Assembly: GCA_963718895.1 (NCBI GenBank)
Contig: CAVRAG010000008.1
Span: 960,001 to 1,024,000, forward strand
Direction of reading: 5' to 3'
Source of the DNA: an uncultured Nitrososphaerota archaeon
Lineage (GTDB): Archaea; Thermoproteota; Nitrososphaeria; Nitrososphaerales; Gagatemarchaeaceae
DNA: 64,000 bases
Positions 30,391 to 41,225 of this stretch are shown piece by piece (positions within the stretch are counted from its first letter, which is position 1; every line of letters begins with the position of its first letter). Made by a program: the position numbers and the translations under genes. Below the pieces are notes generated by a model. That model was not told the DNA's origin and did not search any database. It saw only the letters and a list, made by a program, of their open reading frames with translations.

Positions 30391-31609
30391 CAGCCCTGTG
30401 GAGTTCGGGGCCTCTTGACAACGTAGCCTATTACCAGCCCGACCAGAAGCAGGACCACCATAGCTCCGTACGCCCAGTCAGGTGTAACGGAAGTCGTCGA
30501 AGTGCTGGTCACAGTTGTCGTGGGGCCTGACACAGTCGTTGTTGGCCCAGGCGCAGTCTTGGTGGTGGTTGAGGTTGTAGTCGTCGTGACCAGAGTGGTG
30601 GTCGTCACTGTCTTAGTACCGGTCTGGGTAGCGGATGATGTGGTGCTGGTCGAGGCTGATTGTGTACTGGTGCTTGACGTGGTAGTTGTGGTAGCACTTG
30701 ACGAGGTTGATGTGGTAGATGTGGTAGTCACGGCCGGGGCGGTGTACTGGAAGGTCGTGTACCCTGTCGCTCCGAACGAGTCTGTGGCGGCCACGACGTA
30801 GGTCCCCGTCACCCACGACGGAGTGCCGCCCACGTGCGTGGCGTAGGAGAAGGTGCCTGAAGAGGTGACCGCCTGTGTGGAGGAATCAATCGACGAAGAG
30901 TAACCCAAGAGCGTCACGTCAACGGAGACGCTGTCCGGGAGCGAGGGCGTTGGACTGATCGTCCCGGAGATGGTGTACGTCTGGGTGCCCGTGAACGAGG
31001 CACCGGAAGACGGGCTCGTGAATGCTATCGAGCCAGCGGTCGAAGCTGTGGTCGACGATGTCGTGGATGACGTGACGGTCGAGCTGGATGTTGAAGTTGC
31101 GGTCGTGCTGGTCGCGGCCGGGGCGGTGTACTGGAAGGTCGTGTACCCTGTCGCTCCGAACGAGTCTGTGGCGACCACGACGTAGGTCCCTGTCGCCCAC
31201 GACGGTGTGCTGCCTACGTGCGTGGCGTATGAGAAGGTGCCTGAAGCTGTCACCGCTTGGGTCGAGGAATCAACCGCAGAGGAAGAACCCAAGAGCGTTA
31301 CGTCAATGGAGACACGTTATCTCGCGATGGCGGGGCCGGACTGATCGTCCCGGAGATGGTGTACGTCTGGGTGCCCGTGAACGAGGCACCGGAAGACGGG
31401 CTCGTGAATGCTATCGAGTCAGCGGTCGATGTCGAAGTAGACGTCTGGTCTGGCGCGCCGTGCGCAGAGCTGCCAAGCAGCCAGACGCCAGAGGTCCCGG
31501 TGACGAGGCCGAGGAGCAGTACCGCGAGCGCGACTTTGTAGAGGCTTCGCTTGTTCATCGTCATTTTGGCCACCCGATTGCAAGGCAAACCCATTTTCTT
31601 TGAGACCAA
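30390..31609 (-). CDS. Surface protein: signal peptide, two Ig-like repeats, Thr/Ser stalk, TPDWAYG-TM-KRP anchor (frameshift ~31295)
   Basis: Joined ORFs 31298-31609 and 30390-31292. Confidence 0.75.
30731..31418. repeat. Near-identical ~300-bp Ig-domain repeats (30731-31032, 31116-31418; diverged third copy ~31935-32220)
   Basis: 81-nt identical block at 30952-31032 and 31338-31418. Confidence 0.9.
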
Positions 31610-31612
31610 TTT

Positions 31613-32881
31613 CTATTTCATCCCCGTTTTGACCGACGGTCTCTTGAGCACATAGCCTATCGCCAGCCCGACAAGAAGCAGGACCACCATCGCTCCGTAC
31701 GCCCAGTCAGGCGTGGCGGAGGTCGTCGAGGTGCTGGTCACAGTTGACGTGGGTCCGGTCACAGTCGTTGCTGGTCCTGTCACAGTCTGGGTGGCGATTG
31801 CCGTTGCGGTCGTCGTGACTGAAATGGTCGTCGTCACCGTCTGGGTAGCTGATGACGTTGTGCTGGTCGAGGCTGATTGTAGTACTGGTGCGTTGACGTG
31901 GTAGACGTGGTAGACGTGGTAACGTGGTAGTGGGAATACGCGAATGTCGTGGTCCCGGTCGCACCGGAAGAGTCGGTGGCCGTTATGACGTACGTCCCTG
32001 TCACCCACGAAGGGCTGCCGCCCACGTGCGTGGTGTAGGAGAAGGTGCCTGAAGCGGTGACCGCCTGTGTCGAGGAATCAAGTATCGTGAAAGAACCCTG
32101 GAGATTCACTTTGATCGTGACGCTGTCCGGGAGCGAGGGCGTTGGACTGATCGTCCCGGAGATTGTGTAGCTCTGATCTCCCACGAGCGATGCGCTGGAA
32201 GACGGGCTCGTTATTGAGACCGCGACTGGTGTGGTCGATGTGGTAGAGGTGGTCGAGTGCGTGCTGGAGGTGGTAGATGTGGAGCTTGTAGTCGAGGTTG
32301 TTGAAGAGGTGGTTGAGGTGGTAGAGGTTGTAGTCGAGGTTGTTGAAGAGGTGGTTGAGGTGGTTGAGGTTGTAGTCGATCCGCCAGTCACCTGTATCGC
32401 GATGCCCTGCATCAGCGAACCCTGCGCATAGAGAGTGAGCGTGTAGAGGCCTGCAGTCGTCGGCGCGGTCATCTTGTAGAGCGCGGTGATGTTTCCCGAT
32501 CTCGGCGAGAGGTCCTGGGCGGAGCCGTCGGTGACCTGTGCTGGGGAGATCGTGAACTTGGCGTTGTCGGTCTGGTTCGACTCCCACAGCTGGAGTCCAG
32601 TGACGACGCCCATGGGAGCCGTCGCTGTTGGTGCTGATCCGGAGGTGGAACGAGCTTCCGGCAGCTATAGAGCCGAAGAAGACTCCTGCCTCGCCGTCAC
32701 CCGTGCCGTTAACGAAAATGGCGATGCCGTTGTTGTGGCACCAGCAGCCCTGGTCGAAGCCAGGCTCGCCGTGCGAGAAGCTGGTCGTGGTCCAGATGCC
32801 GTACGTCGTAAACATGACGCCCAGGAGCAACGCCGTCAGACCAATGACGTACATTCTCCGTTTGTTCATTGCCAATTTCAC
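31613..32881 (-). CDS. Surface protein with CWCH motif, beta domain, stalk, Ig-like repeat and TPDWAYG-TM-KRP anchor (two frameshifts)
   Basis: Joined ORFs 32078-32881, 31834-32613 and 31613-32008. Confidence 0.7.
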
Positions 32882-32966
32882 ATCGAGATTCTAAAGAAGA
32901 TGGGATGGAAGCTCCTTGCTAGGGAGCTTCCAAAGCATCGAGTCTACGACTGATGTCTCTCCGCTA

Positions 32967-34827
32967 CTACGTCCAGCTCGGCAGGGTGGCAGCGTGCGCG
33001 CCAGCGACGCGTCCCATCGCAATCGCCTCGGGGACGTTCCCACCGCCGTAGTACAGGCCGCCCCACAGAGAGCCGAGTTCCCCTGGAGTGTAGAGTCTCG
33101 GAATCGGGTTGTTGTTGACGTCCAGAGTCCTTGTGTACTTGTCGTGAGCTGGACCTCCGTCCGTGTTGGTCTGGCACTCTATCAGTTGCATGGCGTAGAA
33201 CGGTGGATTCGTCAACGGCTTCAGAGTCGAAGTTGGGTCTGCCAAACGCTGTATCAGCTCCTGCAGCGCAGGCGGCGTTCCAGGCAGTCACCGTCGCATC
33301 GAGGCCCGCGGGGTCCATCCCGACAACATGTGCCGAAGAAGTCTCTGCATGTGATCTTGGCTCCCAGGTGCGTCGGCGTGTCGGCGGTTACGATCCAGCC
33401 TTTGGCTAGTTCGACGCTGTTGTCCGAACTCCAGTTGTAGAGATTGTGGACCCCGTGTAATACTGGAGCTGAAGCCTGGAGCCGGGGATGCCGGTAGCGC
33501 CGATAGGCCCGTACTTCATCCCGAGCGAGTCGAAGATGGCGTAGAATGGGATGTTTGGCCAGTCGCAGAAGATTTACTCCCTCCGTGGCCTGTGAACTGT
33601 CTCGTCGAATATGTCGTATTCTTTCGTTTGATCGGTGTGTCCAGAATAGCAGTATTCATTCATGAATCTCTTCCCGTATCTGTTCACATAGATGACTGGA
33701 TATAGGGCTGCGCCCGGACATCCATAGCCGATATTAGCCAACCACTACACCGACGCCCAGTTCCACGCTTCCCGCCGCGCATGCAATCGCAGTGGATTTC
33801 TTTCTTGTTCATGTGCCAGAGCTTCGCACCCACCTGTTCTGTGCCATGTAGATTCCGTCTCCGGTGTTGTAGGGAGTCCCGTAGAAGGTTATGAGCTCAG
33901 TCTATCGGTGACTCTGGCGCAAAATTGGCTTTGATCTCAGGATTGTTCTCGTATCCACCGCAGGCGAGAATCACCCCCTTGTTGGCTCGAACATATATGT
34001 CCTGTCCGGTCCAGTTTGTGGCAATGACGCCAAGTATCTCGTTCGTAGTGGGATTCTGTATCAGTTGCTTCCCAGGCGTCTGGTACATGATTGGTATGTT
34101 CCTGGAGGCTCTGCAGTTGTCAAGGAATGCGAAGAAGTCCTTTCCAGCGCCACTTGACCCAGTCGCACTGGTCCCTTTAGTAGGGTATGAGAATGACGGG
34201 ACGGCGATGCTGTAAGAGTTCACGCTCAAGTTTGGGGAAACAAAGCCAGCATAGAGAGGAGGAGGGAAGCCCGTAGTGGTGGATGCGGTGCCCCCATTCA
34301 TACTGCCCCCGAGGCTGCTTATCCATGTCGGAATGTTTGATATTTCTGTCAGGTGGCGGTGATTAGGTCGAGGGGAACGATACCATATGCTCACCATGTT
34401 CGCCACGGTAATCATGTCTGTTAGGGGCGTAATTATCGTGGAGGTTCCCCCTGGCCACACCCGTGTTTCCTCCATCGAGTCCCTTTGGAGCCTTCTCAAG
34501 CATGAGGACACTTGCCCCTCCGTCGTAAGCTCCTATGGCTGCAGCAAGTACCGGCATCCTCCATCCCCTACGACCACAACATCCGCGGAGTAGTCCCAAC
34601 TGGAGGGAGCCGACCAGACACTATTCCCACTGGCAGCTTGTGCTGGCACCGCGATGCGTGGCGCTGCCATCGCCACCGGGATGGCCAATTTCTCACCCGC
34701 TACATGTTACGTGTGGCGCGAACGACTTTGCTCCCGCCACAGCGCCGAGCGCTACGGCTCCTGCGGCTGCGGCTCCCACGAACTGTCTCCTGGACAGTTT
34801 CTTATCCGTAATTGCTTCATCTGTCAA
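32967..34827 (-). CDS. Tat-exported FAD-dependent oxidoreductase (flavocytochrome c/KstD superfamily), multiple frameshifts
   Basis: LSRRQFV, GVILACGGYENN, PPFYAM, IPRLYTPGE; paralog of 57590-59332. Confidence 0.8.
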
Positions 34828-34864
34828 TTGTATTACTTGGAACGAAGTTGCGATGTCAAACATA

Positions 34865-34886
34865 TACAGATGATGAGTCATCTGTA
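34865..34886. promoter_or_regulatory. Palindromic operator upstream of the flavoprotein gene
   Basis: tacagatga-tgag-tcatctgta in the divergent intergenic region. Confidence 0.55.
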
Positions 34887-34940
34887 GACAAGTGGAGTCA
34901 TGCGTAAATACAACCCCCGTAGCGTTCGCTCGAGGGCAAT

Positions 34941-35477
34941 ATGACCGCTGTTGATGTCGAGGGTTCGATGAGAGCGAGTGTTCCAGGGCACTTCAGGGTC
35001 TGGAAGGACGTGTACGACTCGCTCGAGCAGGAGGCCAGGACACGCAAGGTCAGTCTGAACACGCTGGTGAATCAGGTGCTCTCCACCCATACACGCGACG
35101 ACCTGCTGTGGGAAGAAATGGAATATGTGAAATTGACAAAGATCGCATTCCGTGCGTTTCTGGACTGTATACCTGACGACGAGCTAGCCGAATTGGGGGC
35201 TGTGTTAGCCAACGATACCCCAAGCACGATGATGCTGGCGAGGAAGGGCGCCGTCGACCTTGATGCCGTTCTGGACTACCTGCGCTTCCGTTCCAGAGCA
35301 GGATGGTTTTCAATGAATGAATCGAAAAGGAATGGGAAGACCACCCTTTGTTTCATGCACGAGTTCGGACCAAGAGAATCCGTTGTTCTCCGTTCTTATT
35401 TTATGAGCCTATTCGGGCTGATTGGCATCCATCCCAAGGTAATTACCTCAAATTCCTCGGTCGTAATCGAGTACTAG
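34941..35477 (+). CDS. RHH-domain regulator with C-terminal V4R-like/unknown domain
   Basis: FRVWKDVYDSLEQEARTRKVSLNTLVNQVL ribbon-helix-helix pattern; HEFG. Confidence 0.7.
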   Translation: MTAVDVEGSMRASVPGHFRVWKDVYDSLEQEARTRKVSLNTLVNQVLSTHTRDDLLWEEMEYVKLTKIAFRAFLDCIPDDELAELGAVLANDTPSTMMLARKGAVDLDAVLDYLRFRSRAGWFSMNESKRNGKTTLCFMHEFGPRESVVLRSYFMSLFGLIGIHPKVITSNSSVVIEY

Positions 35478-35733
35478 TCAATCGCCGACGACTCAACGGA
35501 AATGTGAGCCTGAGAAGTCCTGAAGCTCACTTGGACGGGAGCGCGTATCGGGACAAGCCGATTTGTTCCACCTTCTCGAAGAACAGTGGCCGACGTGACC
35601 CACTCAGGCATGAGCTGCCGCCGAAATCTGTAGCGGGGCTACTCTTCACTGAATCGACCCTATCATTCAGGTTGGCCACGGTCCCGGACCGAGAACCCTA
35701 CACGTCGAGACCACGACCTCCACGCTTCCACTC

Positions 35734-36818
35734 TCACGGGATTATCTCGCAGCCGTTGTTGAGCTCTGGATACTCGAAAGTCCGACCGGCTCACCGAGCC
35801 GTCTTCGATGAGCGCCTGGACCCGTGGAAGGGCGTCCTGCAATTCCGCAACGAGATGTCTGACCGTGCTGCAGATGTATGAGAAGCCGTTCTCCCGGAGC
35901 ATCCCCTGCGACCTGTTCACGAAGAGGCACCTCCCGCCGCAGATGTGGTAGATGTCGCATGACAGGCACGGCTCCCCGATCACCGCCACGTCGCGAAGAG
36001 AGCTCGGTTCGCTCTGCGAATATCGAGCCGACGACCGAGAAGTCGTGGTCGATCGATACCGGGCACGCGGATATCCTCCCGTCGGGCATGACCGAGAAGA
36101 AATCAACCCCTGAACCGCATCGCAGGGTCGACCTCTCTCCCGAGAGGAGCGAGTTCATCAATGCGACGAACGGTACCATCCCCAGGACCCGGTGCGAGCT
36201 GGACATCTCGGCCACCCACGAGTCGACGAGCGAAGAGATGCCGGAGTTGTAGGACTCGAGCCACTCCGGCAGCCCCGGGACCGTCTGGTCCCCGGCTTCC
36301 CAGAACATGCTGAAGCTGAGCTGCCAGTGGACGTGGTCGAAGAGTCCGGTTCGCAGAAGGTGGAGCACGTTCTCGGCGATGTCTGTGCCCTGCTCCACCG
36401 TCATCCTCGCAACGAGGTCGCCGCGGAAGCCCCTCTGTCTGATGAGACCGGCATTCCGTGTGACCCGTTCGTACACGCGCTTGCCCCGCTCCCTGTCCGT
36501 GACCTCTTCCGTCCCGTCGATGGAGACGAGTATGGAGTGGAACCTCGACAGGTACTCCGGCTCGATCCGGTCCAGGAAGATGCCGTTCGTCTGGACGACG
36601 TACCGTCCCGGGACCGCGTCCATGATGCTCTTCATGGTCTTTGTGCGGAGGAGGGGTTCGCCTCCGTAGAACTCGATGACTGGATCGCTGTCCTTGGAGA
36701 GGAAGCACTTGAGGTCTGCAACCGAGTACTGCATCTCTCTCGGGGGGGTGTCGCTCCCTCCCCCACAATAGCTGCAGAAGAGATTGCATTCTTTCGTCAG
36801 GATGATGAAGTAGTGCAA
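35734..36818 (-). CDS. Radical SAM/SPASM protein (AF0577/TIGR04084-like), frameshifted near the 3' end
   Basis: CNLFCSYC, YGGEPLL, CGSG..ACP, CLSC..CGGRC, ends NGCEIIP. Confidence 0.85.
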
Positions 36819-37016
36819 TTCTCTCCGGCCCGGCGGCGTCGCGCCGTCTTTCGCGTTAAAAGGAGTTCTCAAGGTCGCTCTGCGGGTCCCTGAGGGTGGG
36901 TCAAAGCGGGGCATGGAGACCCCATGACGCTTGGGGGCTCGTCGATCAGGCCGAGTAATCGGGAACGGGACCGTGAGCCAAGTCTTAAGTGGAGTGTTCA
37001 GGGGGCGACTGAGCTT

Positions 37017-38732
37017 ATGGAGAGGCTCAAGCAGGATCTCGTGATCGTGGGTTCGGGCATCGCGGGCCTGAGGGCTGCGATCGAGGCCTCTCGAGTGAGC
37101 CCGGGGTTGAAGGTCGCGGTGGTCACGAAGGTCCAGGCGATGCGCTCGCACTCCGTCTGCGCAGAGGGGGGCACCGCTGCGGTGCTCTACCCCGAACTGG
37201 GGGACACCGATCGAGTCCCACATCTTCGACACCGTGAAGGGGTCAGACTACCTCGGCAGACCAGGACGCGGTCGAGAGGTTCGTGAACACGATTCCCTCT
37301 GAGATCTACCAGCTCGAGCACTGGGGGATGCCCTGGTCGAGGAGGGAGGACGGGCGGATCGCCCAGCGGGATTTCGGCGGCTACAGCTATCCGAGAGCGA
37401 CCTTCGCCGAGGACAAGGTCGGGTTCCACGAGATGCAGACCCTCTACGACACCTGCACGAAGTTCCCCAACATCACGTTCTATCAGGAGTGGTACGTCGA
37501 CCTCGCTTCTCGTCGAGCAGGGGGAGTTCAGAGGGATCACCGCCATAGAGATGAAGACCGGCGAGTTCGCCGTGATCGCCGCCAAGGCCGGCATCATCGC
37601 CACCGGTGGGGCGGGCAGGCTCTTCAGCTTCGCGACCTACGGGCACAGCTCGACGCCCGACGGCCTGTCGATGGCGCTCAGGGCCGGGATCGCCCTCAAG
37701 GACATGGAGTTCTTCCAGTTCCATCCCTCCGGGCTGATCCCTTCAGGGATACTGATCACCGAGGGCGCGAGGGCGGAGGGAGGGGTCCTCCTGAACAAGG
37801 ACGGCGAGCGGTTCATGAAGAGGTACGCGCCCGAGAAGCTCGAACTCGCCTCGAGGGACGTCGTCTCCAGGGCGATGATAACGGAGATCGACGAGGGGAG
37901 AGGGTTCAGGGACGGGAGAGCGGGCTGCGAGTACCTCCATCTCGACCTCACGCAGATCGGCGCCGAGAAGGTCAAGGAGAGGCTCGGCGGAATCAGGGAG
38001 ATCGCGATGAAGTTCAGGGCAATCGACCCGGTAGAGGCGCCTCTCCCGGTGAGGCCCGTCTGCCACTACACGATGGGCGGGGTCGACGTCGACATCGACG
38101 GCGCGACGTAGGTCAAGGGGCTCTGGGCCGCGGGGGAGGCCGCCTGCGTGAGCATCAACGGCGCGAACCGGCTCGGGGCGAACTCCACTGCGGAGTGCCT
38201 GGTCTGGGGGCGGATCACCGGGCGCCGCCGCGGCGAACTACGCCGCGGAGAGGTCCGAGACTCCAGCCCCCCGACGAGCGGTGCTGGGGGAGGAGAAGCA
38301 CATCTTCGACGAGGTCTTCCACGGGAAGGGAGGGACCAACCCCTACGAGGTGAGGGACAAGCTCCAGCGGGCGATGGACACGAACGCCTACGTCTACCGG
38401 ACGGGGGACGGCCTGGCAGAGGCGCTCAGGGCCGTGAGAAGGCTCAAGGCAGAGGACTTCCTGCACTGCGACGACCAGAGCAGGCGATACAACACCAACC
38501 TCACGAACGTCCTCGAGGTCGAGAGCCTCCTGCTGGTGGCCGAGGCCTTTCTCGTGGGCGCCCTGGCGAGGACGGAGTCGAGGGGAGCCCACGCCAGGCG
38601 CGACTACCCACAGCGGGACGACGTCAACTGGCTGAAGCACACCCTCGCGTTCTACACAGAAGGGAGGGAGTGACGCTGGACTACTCTCCCGTCAAGATAA
38701 CGAGGTTTCAGCCGGCGGCGAGGCACTACTGA
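37017..38732 (+). CDS. sdhA: Succinate dehydrogenase/fumarate reductase flavoprotein (frameshifts and an in-frame TAG at 38109)
   Basis: [57 protein letters not shown]. Confidence 0.9.
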
Positions 38733-38787
38733 TGAAAACTGTTAAGCGCCCTGCCCACCGCGTCGGTCCCGAGGGATGGTGCGAAGA

Positions 38788-39247
38788 TTGGCCGCTGAGA
38801 AGGAGGTCCTCAACAAGCGGGGCGTGGCGGGGTGGATCAACCCGTACCACTACAACCTCGAGCGGTGGGCGTACACCTTCCAGAGGATCACGGGCGTCTC
38901 GATCCTGCTGTACGTGCTCGGCCACATCGGCGACACCAGCTTCTTCGTGGGCGGCCCCTTCGGCTCTGGACCGAGCGTGGCCAGCTGGTCCTCGGACATC
39001 GCGGCCACGGAGAACATCGCTCGGGAACGTCATCCTCACGATGATAGTGCTCGTGGTCGTCTTCCACGGGATAAACGGGATAAGGCTGATACTCTCCGAG
39101 TACGGACTCATCTTCCAGAAGCCCTCGAGGCCGGACTATCCCTACAGGGCGAAGTCGCTGAGGGCGCTGCAGAGGCACATGATCTGGGTGGCCATCGTCG
39201 CCGCCATCGTGGCCTCTCTGTGGACCGGGAGCATCCTCTTCGGGTGA
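38788..39247 (+). CDS. sdhC: Succinate dehydrogenase cytochrome b subunit (frameshift ~39020)
   Basis: QRITG..LYVLGH, FHGINGIRLIL. Confidence 0.85.
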
Positions 39248-39248
39248 G

Positions 39249-39627
39249 TTGGCATTGAAGGAATCGAACCTCATGCTGCTCCAGTACGTGACCGCGGTGG
39301 CCGCGATCGTGCTTGTCAGCATCCACCTCCTGATGCAGGGGGTGCTCGTCCCGTACTCCCACGCCGTCTCTTTCGGCCAGGTCCTTTCTGTCTACAGGAG
39401 CTGGTTCGACGGCGCCCTGCTCGAGCTCCTGCTGGTCGTCGTCGTGGTCCACGGGTTCAACGGTCTGCGGACGATCCTCCTGGAGTGGAGGCAGAGCCAG
39501 ACCTGGACAAAGGGAGTGAACTGGTCCGTGCCTTCTCGTGATGGTCGCCGTGGTCATCTACGGTACAAGGACCGTCATCCTCGCCGTGACAGGAGTCGTC
39601 GTCCTAGATGGTGGAGGTCAAGCTTAG
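39249..39627 (+). CDS. sdhD: Succinate dehydrogenase anchor subunit (frameshift ~39530; end approximate)
   Basis: LQYVTA..IH, HGFNGLRTILLE. Confidence 0.8.
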
Positions 39628-40364
39628 GGTCCAGAGGTTCGACCCTTCGCAGGACAAGAAGCCGGCCTTCCGGGAGTACGCGGTCCCGACCGACGAGGCG
39701 GGGACCGTCCTCGAGGCCCTGATCTACGCAAAGGAGCGCATCGACCACTCGATCGCGGTCAGATTCTCCTGCCGGATGTCCTCGTGCGGCTCGTGTGGTA
39801 TGAAGATCGACGGGAGACCCAGGCTCGCCTGCGAGACGCAGCTCTCGAGCGCTCGGCCCCGAAGTCACCGTCCAGCCGATGGACAACTTTCCGATAGTGA
39901 GGGACCTTGTCGTCGACCTGGAGGGCTTCTTCAGCCATCACGAGGAGATGATGCCGCATCTCGTGAGGGTCGACGCCGGCGAGCAGGAGCATCCTACGAC
40001 GGAGTACCTGATGAAGCCGGAGGAGCTCGATGCGATACAGCAGTTCACCTACTGCATAAAGTGCGGCCTCTGCACTTCCTCGTGCCCCACGGCCTCGACC
40101 GACACGCTCTTCCCGGGCCCCCAGGCCCTGGCCCAGGAATACCGTTACCTGATGGATACGAGAGACGAGGCAGGGGCGGACAGGTTGGAGCTGGTCAACA
40201 CTCCCCACGGCGTCTGGCGGTGCCACTTCGCCGGAAGCTGCTCCCAGGTCTGCCCCAAGGGGGTCGACCCGTCGCTCGGGATACAGCTGCTGAAGAGGCA
40301 CGTCATGTCGGGGAGGCCTCCCCGCGGAAGAGGCGGGGGCGCCGAAGCTCCTCCCCGGCCCTAG
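39608..40364 (+). CDS. sdhB: Succinate dehydrogenase Fe-S subunit (frameshift ~39850)
   Basis: SCRMSSCGSC, CIKCGLCTSSCP, CHFAGSCSQVCP. Confidence 0.92.
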
Positions 40365-40439
40365 GCGACGTTCCCCATCGCGCTCGGCTTGCGCCCCGCC
40401 GTGGAACCCTTAAAGCGACGAGGGGCTCAGTGCAGGTCA

Positions 40440-41225
40440 ATGAACCCGGAGCAGCTGGAGGGTCCAGACGTGATGTACGAGAGACGGGGGGCCGTCGCGA
40501 TACTGACCCTCAACCGCGAGAAGAAGCTCAACGCGTTGAGGAAGAGGACCATAAAGGAGCTCTCGAACCTCCTGAAGACGATCGAGGACGACCCGGAGGT
40601 CAGGGCTGTGGTGCTCACCGGCAGCGGCAGGGCGTTCTGCGCAGGCGCTGACATCTTCGAGTACAGCGAGATGAAGGACAGGGAGGAGTTCATGAGGTTC
40701 CAGATGCGGGGAGAGAAGCTCCACGAGGCGATAGAGAACCTCTCGAAGCCGGTCGTCGCAGCGGTGAACGGGCTCGCGCTCGGAGGGGGTTTCGAGCTCG
40801 CGCTCACGTGCGACGTGATCGTGGCTAGCGAGGCCTCCCAGTTCGGCTTCCCCGAGATCAAGATCGGATTGATCCCAGGGGGAGGGGGAACCCAGAGGCT
40901 CCCCCGGATAGTCGGCCCCAAGACGGCGAAGAAAATCTTCATGACCGGCGACCCGATCTCCCCCCAGGAGGCGCTGAGACTCAACGTCGTCGTGGAGGTC
41001 GTGCCCGCCTCGAAGCTGATGGAGAGGTCGCTCGAGCTCGCCGGCAGGATGGCCGCGATGTCTCCTGAGGCGCTCGCCGCCCTGAAGCGCCTCGTCAACA
41101 TGGGGACGGTCGGGGCGTTCGGGATGGCGCTTCCCTACGAGCGGATGATGGTCACGTACCTCTATGACACCGACGACTCGAGAGCGAGGGTCAAGGAGTT
41201 CGTCGAGAAGCGGAAGTCGAGATGA
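40440..41225 (+). CDS. Enoyl-CoA hydratase/isomerase
   Basis: AFCAGADI, ALGGGFEL, PEIKIGLIPGGGGTQRL. Confidence 0.93.
   Translation: MNPEQLEGPDVMYERRGAVAILTLNREKKLNALRKRTIKELSNLLKTIEDDPEVRAVVLTGSGRAFCAGADIFEYSEMKDREEFMRFQMRGEKLHEAIENLSKPVVAAVNGLALGGGFELALTCDVIVASEASQFGFPEIKIGLIPGGGGTQRLPRIVGPKTAKKIFMTGDPISPQEALRLNVVVEVVPASKLMERSLELAGRMAAMSPEALAALKRLVNMGTVGAFGMALPYERMMVTYLYDTDDSRARVKEFVEKRKSR

Noticed and set aside
29003-35730. Second island at tRNA-Ala
   Set aside because: Content looks accessory, but I found no repeat of the tRNA-Ala 3' end and no integrase
38109-38111. In-frame TAG in sdhA as possible pyrrolysine or recoding
   Set aside because: Lies in an error-dense region at a non-catalytic position; no pyl genes seen; other genes use TAG as stop
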